NCBI GenBank assembly: GCA_031550325.1
Contig: JAVBOR010000007.1
Span: 27,885-91,884, forward strand
DNA length: 64,000 nucleotides
Direction of reading: 5' to 3'
DNA from: Oscillospiraceae bacterium
GTDB lineage: Bacteria > Bacillota > Clostridia > Oscillospirales > UBA929
Below are positions 62,707 to 64,000 of this stretch, one piece after another; position 1 is the first letter of the stretch, and the number at the start of each line of letters is the position of its first letter. The position numbers were made by a program, and so were the translations under genes. The notes under the pieces are model-generated. The model was not told the origin of the DNA. It was given only the letters and a program-made list of their open reading frames with translations, and did not search any database.

Positions 62707-62735
62707 ATTATAGCGCCAGAGGCGCACTTTGTAAA
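62707..62735 (-). promoter_or_regulatory. Sigma-70-type promoter for bioY
   Basis: Minus strand reads TTTACA, a 17-nt spacer, then TATAAT. Confidence 0.5.
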
Positions 62736-62799
62736 GCCGGGCCTCACTCTGCAAACGCCCTGAGACGGTAAGAAAGTCCCTCGATAGAGGCCCCTCTGC

Positions 62800-62828
62800 T
62801 TGCTTAATGCATGAGTTTGCTTTATACT
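62800..62828 (+). promoter_or_regulatory. Sigma-70-type promoter for the NUDIX gene
   Basis: TTGCTT, a 17-nt spacer, then TATACT. Confidence 0.45.
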
Positions 62829-62888
62829 CACAGAGAAGAGAAGATCATTTTTTGATAAATATGGCGTTATGCGAACGGAGGAATTCGC

Positions 62889-63395
62889 TTGGCTGAACTT
62901 TGGGATATTCTCGACGAAAACGGCAACGCAACAGGTCGTCTTCACGAGCGCGGCAAGCCTATGTGTGACGGCGAATACCATCTTACGGTCTATGTGCTGA
63001 TTGAGAACGACAACGGCGAGTATCTCATTTCTCAAAGAACGCCGAATAAGTCGCTCCCTCATATGTGGGAATGCACAGGTGGAAACGCGGTTGCAGGAGA
63101 TGACAGCTTGACGACTGCATTAAAAGAAACGAATGAGGAATTGGGGATTGTTCTTGAACCACTGAACGGGCAAAGAATAAAGCGTCAAATTCGGAAATGC
63201 ATATGCAATCATTGTTTGGCTGATGTTTGGCTGTTCCGGCAAAATGTTGACATATCGGAAGTGACTCTCGCTCCTGATGAAACCTGCGGGGCCATGTGGG
63301 CAAGCCGCGATAAAATGAACCGCATGATTGACGAGGGCACATTCACAACGTGGGGATTATGTACCCGCATTGACGAATTATTTGAGGAAGATTAG
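62889..63395 (+). CDS. NUDIX hydrolase
   Basis: The Nudix box is GGNAVAGDDSLTTALKETNEELGI. TTG start after RBS aacggagg. Confidence 0.8.
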   Translation: MAELWDILDENGNATGRLHERGKPMCDGEYHLTVYVLIENDNGEYLISQRTPNKSLPHMWECTGGNAVAGDDSLTTALKETNEELGIVLEPLNGQRIKRQIRKCICNHCLADVWLFRQNVDISEVTLAPDETCGAMWASRDKMNRMIDEGTFTTWGLCTRIDELFEED

Positions 63396-63422
63396 AGGCC
63401 AGAAGATACACCTTACGCGCTC

Positions 63423-63610
63423 TCGTCCTTTATCGGTTTTTACGCCGACCCTTGCGGTTGGAGCCGCAAGGGTCTTGCTGGGAGTAAAGCCGCAAAAAAG
63501 TAAACAGAAACGCTTTCACGGATTCACTCCGGGAAAGTCACCCAATGCGCGTCTTCACAAAGACGCATTCCTGCTCCCGTTTGTAGACAAATCGAAGGTT
63601 TGTCTACAGG
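63423..63610 (+). repeat. Full copy of the intergenic repeat
   Basis: ctcgtcctttatcggttttta; the hairpin cccttgcgg ttggag ccgcaaggg; ttcacggattcactccgggaaagtc; gcgcgtcttcacaaagacgc; the hairpin tgtagacaa atcgaagg tttgtctaca. Confidence 0.8.
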
Positions 63611-63613
63611 TTG

Positions 63614-63646
63614 AGGCCCGCCGGACAGTGTCCGGCGGGCCTTTTT
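63614..63646 (+). terminator. Rho-independent terminator
   Basis: aggcccgccgga cagtg tccggcgggcct forms a 12-bp stem, followed by a t-run. Confidence 0.65.
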
Positions 63647-63658
63647 AAGCGGCTGGGG

Positions 63659-64000
63659 CTACGGGCGAACCGTAAAGGTGAAGGAATAGCTTGGGAACAG
63701 CGCGGGATACTTGATGCCGGAGATGACCACGACCGACTGCGCGGGGAGGGCCTCTGTCAGGACGCCCAGTCTGACAACGCGGGCGCTCTCCACGGTCATC
63801 TGAACCGCCGCGCCGTTGAGCTTGGCGGCGCCCTTCGGCGCGGTCAGGTCTGCGTTGAAGCTCAGGCGCAGGTAGCCGTCCTCGCCCGTGAAGGGGGTGA
63901 CTGTCCAGATATCCGTGCTGTAGGCCAGAACTTCAATCGTGGTGATCGCCACGACCTCGTCGTCGCTGAACAGGTAAATCTCGTGGATGCCAGCTTCTCC
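63659..64000 (-). CDS. Hypothetical protein, C-terminal fragment (ORF open to the window edge)
   Basis: The reading frame stays open upstream of the listed start (GEAGIHEIYLFSDDEVVAITTIEV...). It is beta-rich with no recognisable motif. Confidence 0.45.
   Translation of the reverse strand, partial: GEAGIHEIYLFSDDEVVAITTIEVLAYSTDIWTVTPFTGEDGYLRLSFNADLTAPKGAAKLNGAAVQMTVESARVVRLGVLTEALPAQSVVVISGIKYPALFPSYSFTFTVRP

Noticed and set aside
1-64000. CRISPR arrays, rRNA genes, transposases, integrases, prophage or defence-system genes
   Set aside because: The recurring hairpins are irregularly spaced, intergenic and lack constant-length spacers, so they are not CRISPR. No ORF shows DDE, HUH, tyrosine or serine recombinase, Cas, restriction or toxin-antitoxin motifs that I could recognise.

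Overview
This 64-kb window looks like a high-GC chromosome of a Gram-positive-type, Clostridia-like organism. That placement is inferred from gene content: FliY, FlbD, SigD, FliW-CsrA and SLH domains. Nearly every gene has an RBS-supported start.

Layout:
(1) 1-10.1 kb, housekeeping: KH protein, rpsP, ffh, ylxM, a SAM methyltransferase, xth, an NCS2 purine permease, a PRTase, deoC, acpP, thiI, cinA.
(2) 10.8-39.0 kb, a large unidirectional flagellar/motility locus: fliK flgD flgE flbD motA motB fliL fliM fliY cheY fliO fliP fliQ fliR flhB flhA flhF flhG, a PilZ gene, sigD/fliA, two unknown genes, two rod genes, yvyF-like, flgM flgN flgK flgL, yviE-like, fliW, csrA, flagellin.
(3) 39.2-47.5 kb, three tandem paralogous large secreted proteins of a family I cannot recognise, directly downstream of flagellin. 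This is my best candidate for an undescribed system.
(4) 47.8-52.8 kb: a CapK/PaaK-like adenylating enzyme, a GNAT, an SLH-anchored surface protein, and a KamA-family radical SAM aminomutase whose substrate-pocket residues look glutamate-type rather than lysine-type.
(5) 52.9-54.4 kb: an AT-rich islet carrying a membrane GGDEF cyclase, abutting tRNA-Gly(CCC).
(6) 54.7-64 kb: M20 peptidase, PPi-type phosphofructokinase, topB, proS, a MecA-like adaptor, bioY, a NUDIX hydrolase, and a partial ORF.

A modular, hairpin-rich intergenic repeat family of about 190 nt occurs at least 9 times, as full or partial copies in both orientations. I saw no CRISPR array, rRNA, transposase or integrase. Many long ORFs in the six-frame track are antisense shadows typical of high-GC DNA and are not called.
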